Assembly (NCBI RefSeq): GCF_020969955.1
Contig: NZ_JAHDSX010000006.1
Span: 54,731-86,730, forward strand
Reading direction: 5' to 3'
DNA from: Allobaculum fili
GTDB lineage: Bacteria > Bacillota_I > Bacilli_A > Erysipelotrichales > Erysipelotrichaceae
DNA length: 32,000 bases
Shown: positions 1-9,516 of the stretch, in pieces
How the letters are laid out: the number at the start of each line of letters is the position of its first letter
Position numbering within the stretch: position 1 is the first letter of the stretch
Position numbers and translations under genes: made by a program
The notes under the pieces: generated by a model
Databases searched by the model: none
The model's input: only the letters and a program-made list of their open reading frames with translations
Told to the model about the DNA's origin: nothing

Positions 1-1
1 T

Positions 2-562
2 GAAGAACTCACGTATACCGTTGTAGAAGAAAAGTCTGGCTTCCTCGGTCTCGGTCGGACGATCACCATTGAAGCCTGGGCCGAAAGCGACATTATCGTT
101 TTCCTTCACGACTACATTCAGACCTATTTTGACAACGCCGAAATGGATGGAACCGTCTCGATCGAACTCGATGACACCGGCTTCTATCGTATTTCTGTCG
201 ATACGAACGCCAATGCGGTTCTGATCGGACGTCAGGGAAGAACGCTTCAGGATTTCACCGTCCTCGTTCGTTCCGCGGCCAGCGCGGTCTTCAAGAAACA
301 TATCCGTCTGATGATCGACGTCAACAGCTATAAGGAAGAGCGCTACGAAAAAGTCGCACGCATGGCGATCCGCGTTGCCCGTGACGTACGCCGCACGAAA
401 GTGGACGCGGTTCTTGAACCGATGCCTGCCGATGAAAGAAAAGCCGTTCATAACGCCCTGAGCGATATGGATGACATTTCCACCAAGTCGCATGGCGAAG
501 GACCGGAACGCCGTATTCATATTCTGTATACGCCCGGAAAAGTCAGCGAGCCCGCTGAATAA
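2..562 (+). CDS. khpB: KhpB/Jag-type RNA-binding protein (KH + R3H domains), 5' end cut by window edge
   Basis: The frame is open from base 2 to TAA at 560-562. The translation has a KH-type GxxG loop (LIGRQGRTLQDF) and a C-terminal R3H-like segment (ERKAVHNAL...GPERRIHI). A terminator follows. Confidence 0.85.
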   Translation, partial: EELTYTVVEEKSGFLGLGRTITIEAWAESDIIVFLHDYIQTYFDNAEMDGTVSIELDDTGFYRISVDTNANAVLIGRQGRTLQDFTVLVRSAASAVFKKHIRLMIDVNSYKEERYEKVARMAIRVARDVRRTKVDAVLEPMPADERKAVHNALSDMDDISTKSHGEGPERRIHILYTPGKVSEPAE

Positions 563-591
563 TCCGATTTACGCCAAATGAATTCCGAAAG

Positions 592-617
592 AAAAGGGGA
601 TTGCTTCCCCTTTTTTT
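592..617 (+). terminator. Rho-independent terminator of khpB
   Basis: Stem aaaagggg (592-599) pairs with cccctttt (607-614), with a 7-nt loop, and runs into a T7 tract. Confidence 0.8.
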
Positions 618-667
618 GTGCAGATTCGAAAGCAGCAGGAAAAACGACAGGAAACAGGAAAAGGACA

Positions 668-709
668 GAGAAAATCAGAAAGGCAGAAATCCGTTTCTGG
701 ATTTCTGCC
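668..709 (-). terminator. Rho-independent terminator of the small minus-strand HTH gene
   Basis: A perfect 11-bp stem ggcagaaatcc/ggatttctgcc (682-709) has a 6-nt loop. On the minus strand it is followed by tttctgattttc, 24 nt after the stop codon. Confidence 0.8.
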
Positions 710-732
710 GTATACAGAACTCTTTTTCCTTT

Positions 733-1002
733 TTAAAATTCTTTGTCTTCCGGACTCAGAATATACTCCAGCGATCCGCGCAGCCGCTGATCCATGGCGA
801 TCATCCGCTCTTTCCCGATGAATTCTGGATTGTAGCCCAGCGTCAGAAGGATATCTTCCGGCGTGGCATGGCGTGTGCGCAGGCGCACATACATCAGACA
901 GAACACCTGGGTGAATTCGATGGTATCGTTTGTCACGCGCTGGGTGTACGGATTGCCCTGAAGCGCAATAATCTGTTCCAGCGTAAATCGCTTGTTTGGC
1001 AT
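733..1002 (-). CDS. Small (89 aa) helix-turn-helix-like protein; resembles the short ORFs that accompany IS3-type transposases in Firmicutes
   Basis: The start is chosen at the second Met (MPNKRFTLEQIIALQGNPYTQRVTNDTIEFT...) because AGAGGTGA lies 5 nt upstream. The N-terminal pattern FTxEQIxxLxxNPYxxxVTxxxIxFT is one I recall from short HTH proteins annotated as transposase-associated. The gene has its own terminator. Confidence 0.6.
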   Translation of the reverse strand: MPNKRFTLEQIIALQGNPYTQRVTNDTIEFTQVFCLMYVRLRTRHATPEDILLTLGYNPEFIGKERMIAMDQRLRGSLEYILSPEDKEF

Positions 1003-1096
1003 TTCTTCACCTCTTTCATACATTCATGCATGAATAGTGTTTAAACAGTCAGCTGACATTCTGATTATATCGAAGTACATTTAAATCAATGTCTAT

Positions 1097-1126
1097 AAAG
1101 ACCGAAACCGTGGTCTTTTTCTGTTT
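1097..1126 (+). terminator. Orphan terminator-like hairpin in the HTH-gene/pth intergenic region
   Basis: Stem aaagacc (1097-1103) pairs with ggtcttt (1112-1118) and is followed by tttttctgttt. No plus-strand gene lies upstream. Confidence 0.4.
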
Positions 1127-1455
1127 CATGACTATTTCAAATTCTGTTAAAGTTATAACTAATTTATTTATAAAAAGAATACTGTCTTCAAAAGACAAGA
1201 CGGTATGGGGAATAAATGGACAGAACTTCGTTTTCAATCCGGATCGCAGGCAGAGGTGCTGGCATTCATCGATTTGACAGGGTTTGTCTTCAATCTGGCA
1301 AAAGCGAATTTTCATGTATTCCATGGGAAAAAGCATAAGATAGGAACATCGAAAACGAAGCCGAAACAGGAAGCAGAAACAAGCCGAAGCACAGCGCAAT
1401 TTGCGCAGCAAGCGGATCTTTGTATCGTGCCGGATCCCGGCAAAAGGAGAAATTT

Positions 1456-2271
1456 ATGAAACTGATTGTCGGCCTGGGAAATCCAGGCGAAAAATATTCG
1501 CGTACCCGGCACAATGCCGGGTTTATGGTCATGGACCGGCTGGCCGAAAAAGCCGGCGTGGAGATCAATAAAAACAAATTTGAAGCCCAGTACGTCAAAA
1601 CCCGCATCAAGGGGGAAGACGTTATTTTGCTGAAGCCGATGACGTATATGAACAACTCCGGCTTCGCCGTTCGCGCCTGCATGGACTTTTTCAAAATTGA
1701 ACCGAAGGATCTTCTGGTCATTTATGACGATCTTGATACCCCGGTAGGCGCCATCCGTCTGAAGCCGTCCGGATCCGCCGGCGGTCATAACGGAATGAAA
1801 AGCGTAATCAGCGCGGCGATGGGACAGGATTTTGACCGGATCCGCGTCGGCATCGGCCGGGATCCGAAAATTAAGATTATTGATTATGTGCTGACCCGCT
1901 TTCGCGCTGATGAAATGGACGATCTGAACGCGGCGATTGATCAGGCGGTCAAAGCGGCCTGGTTTTCCATTGATCACGGCTTTACCCAGGCGATGAATCG
2001 CTACAACGTGAAGCCGAAAAAGAAAAAGAGCGACCCGGAAGCCGAAAAGCTCGCCGCCGCGCTGAAAAAGCAGAACGCGCAGACGTTCCATTCCGGAAAA
2101 AAGGATGTTCTTTATCAGGAAGAGACCGGCCGGAGTCTTTCGGACTCTGCCATCGCCGAGCAGCTGAAAAAAGAAGCGCTCGCCGCACAGGAAGCATCTC
2201 AGAATGCATCCGCTTCGTATACCTATCAGAGAGAAGAAACACTGGATAGACAGAATAAATCCGAACAGTAA
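1456..2271 (+). CDS. pth: Peptidyl-tRNA hydrolase with an ~85-aa low-complexity C-terminal extension
   Basis: AAAGGAGA lies 6 nt before ATG 1456. The N-terminus MKLIVGLGNPGEKYSRTRHNAGF and the GGHNGMKS motif are canonical Pth. The domain ends near ...AMNRYN (aa ~186), but the ORF continues to aa 271. Confidence 0.95.
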   Translation: MKLIVGLGNPGEKYSRTRHNAGFMVMDRLAEKAGVEINKNKFEAQYVKTRIKGEDVILLKPMTYMNNSGFAVRACMDFFKIEPKDLLVIYDDLDTPVGAIRLKPSGSAGGHNGMKSVISAAMGQDFDRIRVGIGRDPKIKIIDYVLTRFRADEMDDLNAAIDQAVKAAWFSIDHGFTQAMNRYNVKPKKKKSDPEAEKLAAALKKQNAQTFHSGKKDVLYQEETGRSLSDSAIAEQLKKEALAAQEASQNASASYTYQREETLDRQNKSEQ

Positions 2272-2282
2272 GGAGTAAGGCC

Positions 2283-5200
2283 ATGCTTTCCGACCAGAAT
2301 ATCAATCCCATTCTGAATTACATCGAAGCCAATCCCGTTACAAAGGAAATGATGTCGATTCATGGAAATGTCGGCAACCTCGGGGAGATGGAAGAAGCGC
2401 TGCTTCTGGCCGCTGCTTTCCTTCAGGATGGAAAAACACGCATTGTTGTGAAGAAAAATAAGTACGAAGCCCAGCAGCTGTACCGTCGTCTGGCGATGCT
2501 GCTGCAGGAAGTCGTACTTTTCGTCATGGATGAGTCTCTGCGTCTGCAGGCGATCGCAGCGTCTCCCGAAGAGAGGGAAGGCCAGCTGTCCGCTCTCGTG
2601 CAGATGCGTCAGGACTTTCCAAAAATCATCATTACCAATACCGCTGCCTACACCCGCTTTCTGCCGGATGTGAACTACTTTGACGAAAGCTGCCTGACCA
2701 TTCGTACCGGGCAGACGCTTTCTCGAAAAGCGCTCATGGAGCATCTGCTGTGTATCGGCTATGCGCACGTCAACTACGCGCAGACCCCGGGAAGCTTTGC
2801 TTCCCGCGGCGGCATTCTCGATGTTTACTCGCTGAATTACCCGGATCCGATCCGTATCGAATTTTTTGATACGGAAATCGACTCCATCCGCTTCTTTAAC
2901 CCGGATACCCAGCGGACGATCCGCGCCACTGATGAAGCGGTGCTCGTTCCGGCCAGCGATATTTTGTTCAGCGACGAACAGATTGAAAAACTTAAGGAAA
3001 TTTTGCCGGTCAAACTGGAAGAACAGCTGAAACGCACAGATCCGGCGGGGCAGGAATTTTTACGGGATGCGATCGAAAAGGATCTGGAAGCGATCGAAAC
3101 GCACGATCCGCAACCTCATCTGTACCGCTACTACGCTTGGCTCGACAGCGCCTCCGTTCTCGATTATGCGCCGGACGCGATGACCGTATTCTCCACAGTG
3201 GAAGGCGTAGAAGAAAACGCGAAAAAGACTGTGCAGGATAACGTGCAGTTCATGCAGGAAGAAGTCGAAGATTTCCACGCGCTGCCCAGATACATCCTGT
3301 TTCATGATCTGTACAAACTCGAAAAGAAGTCCGAGCCGCTCAAAATTCATACGTTCCTGGATCACGATCATCCCGTCCAGTCGGGAATTGAAAACATCGA
3401 CGCTCCGGGTCTGAACTACCGGCAGTGGGTTCTTGAAGAAGCCAGAAAGGACAATGTCTATTTTGCGCTCGAGCGCGAAGACGTCGATCTGCTTAAGGAA
3501 AAGATCGATATTTCTTCACTGAAGCTGACCGATCCGATTTTTTATCAGGGCTTTCGGACCCCGGATTATATGGTGTATACGCGCCGTGAAATTTTCTCGC
3601 ATCTGAACCGTAAAGTGCCGTATCAGAAGACGTTCTCCCGTTCGAATGCGCTCAATAACATTATGGAACTTGAGGCCGGCGACTATATCGTCCATGCGGA
3701 ATACGGAATTGGACAGTATATCGGCGTGGAAACCCGCGAGCAGAACGGAGTCAAGCAGGACTATCTGCACGTTATGTACCGCGGCAACGAAAACCTCTTC
3801 GTTCCGCTTTCTCAGTTCCAGCTGATCCGCAAGTACGTGTCCAAGGACGGTGCAGTCAAGCTGTCCAAGCTGGGCACCGGCGAATGGGAAAAGACGAAAA
3901 AGAAGGTTAACCAGAAAGTCGAAGAAATCGCCGGGCGTCTGGTCGAACTGTATGCCGCCCGTACGGAAGACATTGGATTTGCGTTCCCGAAAGACGACGC
4001 GCTCGAGCGGGAATTTGATGAATCGTTTGAATACGAATCCACGCCCGACCAGCTGCAGGCAACGGCGGAAATTAAAGCCGAGATGGAAAAGGCCAAGCCG
4101 ATGGACCATCTGCTGATCGGCGACGTCGGGTATGGAAAAACCGAAGTGGCCATGCGCTGTGCCTATAAGGCGATCTGCGCCGGCAAGCAGGTGGCGTTCC
4201 TTTGCCCGACTACCATTCTTTCCATGCAGCACTACCAGACGCTTTTAAAGCGTTTTGAACCGACCGGAGCGCGCATCGCGCTGGTCAACCGCTTCATTTC
4301 CACAAAGGAAATGAAAAAGATCCGGGAAGATCTGGCAAACGGACAGATCGATATTGTCGTCGGTACGCACCGGCTGCTGTCCAATACCGTCAGCTTTAAG
4401 GATCTTGGCTTTCTGATCATTGACGAAGAGCAGCGCTTTGGCGTTCGTCACAAGGAAAAAATCAAGGAAATGAAAAACTCGATCGACGTGCTGGCGCTTT
4501 CGGCTACCCCGATTCCGCGGACGCTGCAGATGTCGCTGATCGGCGTTCGCACCATTTCCCAGCTGACCACTCCGCCGGCGCACCGTCATCCGATCCAGAC
4601 GTACGTTATGGAAGAGCGCGGTCCGGTAGTGGAAGAAATCATTCAGCGCGAGCTTTCCCGCAGCGGCCAGGTGTTCTTTTTGCACAACCGTGTCGAAGAC
4701 ATTTACCTCAAGGCGCATGAGCTTCAGCAGAAATTCCCGGATATTTCCATTGGCGTTGCCCACGGAAAAATGAGCCGTGAACAGATTGAAGACGTCATGA
4801 CAGAATTTGCGCGCGGTAAATATCAGGTGCTCGTCTGCACGACGATTATCGAAACGGGACTCGATATCGCCAACGCGAACACGATCATTATCGAAAACGC
4901 AGACCGTTTCGGTCTGGCCCAGCTGTATCAGATTCGCGGCCGTGTTGGCCGACGGGAAAAACTGGCGTACTGCTATCTGCTTGTAACGCCGGACAAGCAG
5001 CTGAGCGAAGAGTCGACGAAGCGTCTGAAATCGATCAAGGAATTCACGCAGCTCGGTTCCGGTTACAAAATCGCGATGCGCGATTTGACGATCCGTGGTG
5101 CCGGCGACATGCTTGGTCCAAAACAGGCTGGATTTATCGATTCCGTCGGTCTCGATCTGTACCTCGACATGCTTTCCGATGCCATCGCCCGCAAGAAGGC

Positions 5201-5720
5201 AGCCGCGGGTCAGCCGGTCGATGAAGAACTGAAAGAAGCCGAAGAAACGGCGGAAGCCGACAGCGCCAGAAGCGCGAATGTGCAGATTCAGGGCTATATT
5301 CCGGAAAAATTCTCGGATAACGACGGCGACAAGCTGGCGCTCTACCAGGAAATCCGGGCCATTCGCACCGAAAAGGAACTCGAAGACTTTGAATTCCGAA
5401 CGGCCGACCTGTTCGGAAAAATTCCAAAGGAAGTGCAGGCTCTGTTCGATGCCAAGCGCCTCGATCTGTTCGCTTCGCGTCCAGGCGTCGATGAAGTCAG
5501 CGAACAGAACAGCCGGATTCAGATTGTCATGAGCGCATCCTGGAGCCGGAACGAAGACGGCCTCAAGCTGTTTGAAGCCATGAACGCTCTTTCCAAGGAA
5601 ATCGCGCTCACCTTCAAAAATGGACGAATTCAGGTCAGCCTGCCGAAAAAGAAAAACTATATGGCTCAGCTCAAACAGGTGATTTCGGTCCTGTCCGATC
5701 CGCTCTTTCGAAAGGGGTAA
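2283..5720 (+). CDS. mfd: Transcription-repair coupling factor Mfd
   Basis: The protein is 1145 aa with AAGGAG upstream. It has helicase motifs GDVGYGKTEVA, DEEQRFGV, LSATPIPRT and QLYQIRGRVGR, and sits in pth-mfd synteny. Confidence 0.97.
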   Translation: MLSDQNINPILNYIEANPVTKEMMSIHGNVGNLGEMEEALLLAAAFLQDGKTRIVVKKNKYEAQQLYRRLAMLLQEVVLFVMDESLRLQAIAASPEEREGQLSALVQMRQDFPKIIITNTAAYTRFLPDVNYFDESCLTIRTGQTLSRKALMEHLLCIGYAHVNYAQTPGSFASRGGILDVYSLNYPDPIRIEFFDTEIDSIRFFNPDTQRTIRATDEAVLVPASDILFSDEQIEKLKEILPVKLEEQLKRTDPAGQEFLRDAIEKDLEAIETHDPQPHLYRYYAWLDSASVLDYAPDAMTVFSTVEGVEENAKKTVQDNVQFMQEEVEDFHALPRYILFHDLYKLEKKSEPLKIHTFLDHDHPVQSGIENIDAPGLNYRQWVLEEARKDNVYFALEREDVDLLKEKIDISSLKLTDPIFYQGFRTPDYMVYTRREIFSHLNRKVPYQKTFSRSNALNNIMELEAGDYIVHAEYGIGQYIGVETREQNGVKQDYLHVMYRGNENLFVPLSQFQLIRKYVSKDGAVKLSKLGTGEWEKTKKKVNQKVEEIAGRLVELYAARTEDIGFAFPKDDALEREFDESFEYESTPDQLQATAEIKAEMEKAKPMDHLLIGDVGYGKTEVAMRCAYKAICAGKQVAFLCPTTILSMQHYQTLLKRFEPTGARIALVNRFISTKEMKKIREDLANGQIDIVVGTHRLLSNTVSFKDLGFLIIDEEQRFGVRHKEKIKEMKNSIDVLALSATPIPRTLQMSLIGVRTISQLTTPPAHRHPIQTYVMEERGPVVEEIIQRELSRSGQVFFLHNRVEDIYLKAHELQQKFPDISIGVAHGKMSREQIEDVMTEFARGKYQVLVCTTIIETGLDIANANTIIIENADRFGLAQLYQIRGRVGRREKLAYCYLLVTPDKQLSEESTKRLKSIKEFTQLGSGYKIAMRDLTIRGAGDMLGPKQAGFIDSVGLDLYLDMLSDAIARKKAAAGQPVDEELKEAEETAEADSARSANVQIQGYIPEKFSDNDGDKLALYQEIRAIRTEKELEDFEFRTADLFGKIPKEVQALFDAKRLDLFASRPGVDEVSEQNSRIQIVMSASWSRNEDGLKLFEAMNALSKEIALTFKNGRIQVSLPKKKNYMAQLKQVISVLSDPLFRKG

Positions 5721-5723
5721 ACC

Positions 5724-5999
5724 ATGAGACTTGATAAATATCTGAAAACCGCGCGCATTCTCAAACGCCGCGAAGCCGCTAAGGAACTTGCCCTTCAAAA
5801 ACGCATTCAGCTCAACGGACGCACGGCGAAACCGTCGAGCGAAGTCGAAGAAGGCGATGTGATCTGCATGGAGTTTGGCAACCGGCTTCTGGAAGTGAGG
5901 GTGCTCGATACGCCGAAACAGGCGTCCAAGGAAAAAGCGCTTCTGATGTTTGAAGTGCTGCGCGAAGAGAAAAAAGACTATGATGCGCCGGCTGAATGA
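5724..5999 (+). CDS. rqcP: S4-domain RNA-binding protein RqcP/YabO (ribosome quality control)
   Basis: The 91-aa product starts MRLDKYLKTARILKRREAAKEL...NGRTAKPSSEVEEGD, closely matching my memory of B. subtilis YabO. It lies directly after mfd. Confidence 0.85.
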   Translation: MRLDKYLKTARILKRREAAKELALQKRIQLNGRTAKPSSEVEEGDVICMEFGNRLLEVRVLDTPKQASKEKALLMFEVLREEKKDYDAPAE

Positions 6000-7206
6000 G
6001 ACGCGCGTTTTGCGCGATCCCGTCCACGGCTATATCCATATTGATCTGCAGGTCATCTGGAAGCTTCTCGACGCGCCGGAATTTCAGCGTCTGCGCCGCA
6101 TTCATCAGCTAGGGGGCGTTATGGCGGTTTACCATACCGCGGAACATTCCCGCTTTTCCCACTGTCTGGGCGTGTATGAAATCTGCCGGCGCATTCTGAA
6201 CGAAGTGCCCGGCGTGACGGATACGCTCGATGAATTCGAACAGACCGCGGCGCTTTGCGCGGCGCTCCTGCACGATCTGGGTCACGGACCGCTTTCGCAC
6301 AGCTATGAGGCGATCTCCCATATTCACCATGAGGCCGTTACGTGCCGTCTGATTACGAACCCCGAAGGCGAAGTGTATAAAATTCTGACCGGGGAAAATC
6401 CGAAACTGCCCGCCATGGTGGCTGCCATTCTGGAGCATCGATCCGGCTGCGCGCTTCTGGAAGATCTGATCAGCTCGCAGCTCGACTGCGACCGCATGGA
6501 CTATCTGCTTCGCGACGCCTACGAAACAGGAACGAGCTACGGCCGCTTCGATCTGGAACGCATACTGCGTACTCTGCGTGTGAAGGACGGCCGTCTGTGC
6601 ATTAAAAAAAGCGGCGTCCATTCGGTCGAAGACTACATCATGGGCCGCTATCAGATGTACTGGCAGGTGTATCTCCATCCCGATGCGTTTGGCTACGATC
6701 TGCTCGTTCAGGCTTTCTTTGGGCGCTATGCCAGACTGCGTCAGGAAAACTTTGAAGAATACGGATCGAAAGCGCTCGAGCCTGTATTTGATCAGCCCTT
6801 TGATCCGGAGCGCTTTCTGGAGTTGGACGATTACGTTCTGATCAGCGAAATCGGAGCGGCGAAATCCGCCAAGGATCCCATTCTTGCCGATCTGGCCCAT
6901 CGCATATGTGATCGGCGTCTGCCGCGCTGGGAAAACGAAGCTAGTCCCGAGCGAATCGAAGCCATTCGCGAAAAGACGCGAAAAGCGAGTTTTGATCCGG
7001 ATTACTATGTTCATCTTAAACCGATTCGACTGGAAGAATTTCTGCCGTATCAGGAAGAGCAGTCCAAGCCGATTCTCGTTCTTGACCAGGAGAGACTGCT
7101 TCCGCTTTCGGACTGTTCGGTGGTGGTGCGGTCTTTGCTGGAAATGAAAAATCCCCAGCAGATCCGTGTGTATTTCCCCAAGGAAGTCCACACCGCTTCT
7201 TCGTAA
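5980..7206 (+). CDS. HD-domain phosphohydrolase (YwfO / SAMHD1-like dNTPase family)
   Basis: The motifs RDPVHGYI, RLRRIHQLG, EHSRFSHCLGV, LLHDLGHGPLSH and DCDRMDYLLRD are present. The ATG at 5980 is preferred over the TTG at 5950 and overlaps the end of rqcP by 20 nt. Confidence 0.9.
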   Translation: MMRRLNETRVLRDPVHGYIHIDLQVIWKLLDAPEFQRLRRIHQLGGVMAVYHTAEHSRFSHCLGVYEICRRILNEVPGVTDTLDEFEQTAALCAALLHDLGHGPLSHSYEAISHIHHEAVTCRLITNPEGEVYKILTGENPKLPAMVAAILEHRSGCALLEDLISSQLDCDRMDYLLRDAYETGTSYGRFDLERILRTLRVKDGRLCIKKSGVHSVEDYIMGRYQMYWQVYLHPDAFGYDLLVQAFFGRYARLRQENFEEYGSKALEPVFDQPFDPERFLELDDYVLISEIGAAKSAKDPILADLAHRICDRRLPRWENEASPERIEAIREKTRKASFDPDYYVHLKPIRLEEFLPYQEEQSKPILVLDQERLLPLSDCSVVVRSLLEMKNPQQIRVYFPKEVHTASS

Positions 7207-7419
7207 ACGCCGCCTGTATTCGGACGGCAAGCCTGTCTGGCATACCTGTTGAGTCTGTCTTTTCCTGTTTTCTGCAGCGGTCCTTCTTCCCGCGAGAAAA
7301 CGGGATTTTGCGCAGAGGGGCAGACGAGGCGCGTATGGGCGGATTTTCACGATGAATAAAGCCGGAGAGATGGGTAATCCGTTGAAAAGAAGAATCTGTA
7401 TGTTAAACTTTTCTTCGCT

Positions 7420-7821
7420 ATGAAAAGTCAAGCCGCTTTATGCGAACTCACTGCGAAAACCGAGATTTTTAAAGGAGAAGCGGAGTTTGAAGAAAAGAAC
7501 AAAGGAATTTTTGTCACCATGGAAGCCGAGGACTGTCACTGCGTCTGGAAAATTCTTCCGAAAGGCATTGTGATTGAAAATCAGCAGGAAGCGCTGAGCG
7601 TGCTTTCCCTGTTTGATTCCGGCAAGGGCCGGGTGCGAATTTTCAGCGAATTCGGCGAACTGGAAGCCGTCTTGAGCGATGTGCGCATTGTCCGCGAACC
7701 GCATCGGATTCTGGTGAGCTACAAAATTGAAGAAGAAGCTGAATTTCAGTTTGAACTGCAAAGCGAAGACTTCTGTTTTATCGAACACGAACCGGCTGCC
7801 CCCTCAGGGCGGAACGGATGA
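7420..7821 (+). CDS. DUF1934-family small beta-barrel protein (YwiB-like)
   Basis: The product is 133 aa and lies immediately upstream of argS, as ywiB does in Bacilli. Its composition and length fit DUF1934. No clear SD is present. Confidence 0.7.
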   Translation: MKSQAALCELTAKTEIFKGEAEFEEKNKGIFVTMEAEDCHCVWKILPKGIVIENQQEALSVLSLFDSGKGRVRIFSEFGELEAVLSDVRIVREPHRILVSYKIEEEAEFQFELQSEDFCFIEHEPAAPSGRNG

Positions 7822-7850
7822 CATAAAACTGGCATGAAGGAGTGAACAAT

Positions 7851-9491
7851 ATGTCTGCTATGGATCTGCAGCTGGCCAACGCTCTGGCGTCCGCCGCAAA
7901 AAAAGCCTGGGATCTGAGCCTGGAGCCCGGGGAAATTACCATTGAAATTCCCAAACGAAAAGAACAGGGCGAGTATGCGACAAACCTGGCGATGAAGCTG
8001 GCGCGTACCCTCCGCAAAAAGCCGCTGATTATTGCGCAGGAACTGGTTGCTGCGCTCGATGACGATTCCATCGAAAGCGCCGAAATTGCCGGACCCGGCT
8101 TCATCAACTTCACGATGAAAAAAGATCAGTATTCCCGCGTCATCCCGACGATTCTGGAAAAGGAATCGGAATACGGACAGTTTGAACCCAACGGCATCCG
8201 CGTGAATCTCGAATACGTTTCCGCCAACCCGACCGGCGATCTGCACCTTGGTCATGCCCGCGGCGCGGCGTGGGGCGATTCCGCTTCGCGCGTTATGAAG
8301 AAAGCCGGCTATGACGTAACCCGCGAATACTATGTCAATGACGCAGGAAACCAGATTGCCAATCTGGCGCAGTCCTTATGGGCCCGCTATGCGCAGGCGC
8401 ATGGCCAGGAAGCCGAAATCGGTCAGGACGGCTACATGGGCGAAGACGTTAAAGTCAAAGCCGAAGAAATTGCCCGCGAGCACCCGAATGTCTATCTCGA
8501 ACCGACGAAGGAAACCCTCGATTTCTTCAGAAAAGAGGGAATTGCCTACGAGCTGGACAAGATCCGTCATGACCTGGACCGCTTCCGTGTTCACTTCGAT
8601 GTATGGACTTCCGAACAGGCTTTACGCGACGCTGGAAAAGTGGACACGGCTCTTGAGATTCTGGAGCGAAACGGTTATACCTATGAGCAAGACGGGGCAC
8701 TCTGGTTTCGCACAACGGACTTTGGCGACGACAAAGACCGTGTTCTGCGCAAGCAGGATGGTTCGCTGACGTATCTGGTTCCGGATATCGCCTACCATAA
8801 CGACAAGTGCGAACGCGGCTTTGACAAGCTGGTCGATTTCTTTGGTGCCGACCATCACGGCTATATTCCTCGTTTAAAGGCATCCATGGCCGCTATGGGA
8901 AATGACCCGGATAAACTGGATGTGGATATCATTCAGATGGTTCGTCTGGTCCGCAACGGGGAAGAAGTCAAGATGTCCAAGCGTTTAGGAAATGCCTGGA
9001 CGATCATGGACCTCGTCGATCTGGTTGGCGTGGACGCAGCCCGCTACATTTTCAGCAGCAGAGCCCTCGACAGTCATCTCGACTTCGACCTGGATCTCGC
9101 CGTTGCTCAGTCCAACGAAAACCCGGTTTACTATGCGCAGTACGCGCATGCACGAATCTGTTCGATTCTGAAAGCCGCTCAGAGTGAAAACTATCCGACC
9201 GTACAGTCTTATGAAGGCCTCGTTCACGAGAAGGAAATTGATCTTCTCAAAACTCTGGCTCAGTATCCGAACGTCATCGAACAGACCGCTCGCACCCGAC
9301 AGGTTCACAAGATTTCGCATTATATTCAGAACCTCGCTTCGAAGTTCCACAGCTTTTATTCCGCATGCAAAGTCAACGACCCGTCTAACCCCGAACTCAG
9401 CGCTCAGCGTCTTGGTCTGCTGCAGGCAACCCGCATTGTGCTGGCCGACGCTCTGAGTCTGATTGGTGTATCCGCACCTGAATCCATGTAA
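7851..9491 (+). CDS. argS: Arginine--tRNA ligase
   Basis: AAGGAG lies 8 nt before ATG 7851, and the GTG at 7842 overlaps that SD. The class I motifs PTGDLHLGHARG (HIGH) and KMSKR are present, and the length is typical of ArgS. Confidence 0.96.
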   Translation: MSAMDLQLANALASAAKKAWDLSLEPGEITIEIPKRKEQGEYATNLAMKLARTLRKKPLIIAQELVAALDDDSIESAEIAGPGFINFTMKKDQYSRVIPTILEKESEYGQFEPNGIRVNLEYVSANPTGDLHLGHARGAAWGDSASRVMKKAGYDVTREYYVNDAGNQIANLAQSLWARYAQAHGQEAEIGQDGYMGEDVKVKAEEIAREHPNVYLEPTKETLDFFRKEGIAYELDKIRHDLDRFRVHFDVWTSEQALRDAGKVDTALEILERNGYTYEQDGALWFRTTDFGDDKDRVLRKQDGSLTYLVPDIAYHNDKCERGFDKLVDFFGADHHGYIPRLKASMAAMGNDPDKLDVDIIQMVRLVRNGEEVKMSKRLGNAWTIMDLVDLVGVDAARYIFSSRALDSHLDFDLDLAVAQSNENPVYYAQYAHARICSILKAAQSENYPTVQSYEGLVHEKEIDLLKTLAQYPNVIEQTARTRQVHKISHYIQNLASKFHSFYSACKVNDPSNPELSAQRLGLLQATRIVLADALSLIGVSAPESM

Positions 9492-9516
9492 TTTGTGATC
9501 ACGAGGAGATAATCGT

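Noticed and set aside
601-1044. A 147-aa plus-strand ORF, with nested ORF 618-821, between khpB and pth.
   Set aside because: It starts with TTG inside the khpB terminator, runs through a second terminator, and is antisense to the better-supported HTH gene. The sequence looks non-protein-like.
4245-5798. A long antisense ORF of 517 aa opposite mfd. Similar long antisense ORFs lie at 6109-7431 (-), 16854-17714 (+), 23807-24955 (-), 25481-26686 (+) and 26856-27839 (-).
   Set aside because: Each lies opposite a gene with unmistakable conserved motifs (mfd, HD-domain gene, glf, prs, galU, prfA). Their translations are low-complexity (Arg/Phe/Val/Gly-rich) with no recognisable motifs or SDs. Long open antisense frames are expected at this GC content and codon bias.
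7207-7419. A possible T-box or other leader upstream of DUF1934-argS.
   Set aside because: I found no T-box consensus (AANNNGGGTGGTACCGCG-like) and no specifier or antiterminator architecture. Only a weak 5-bp hairpin (cccg...cggg) is present.
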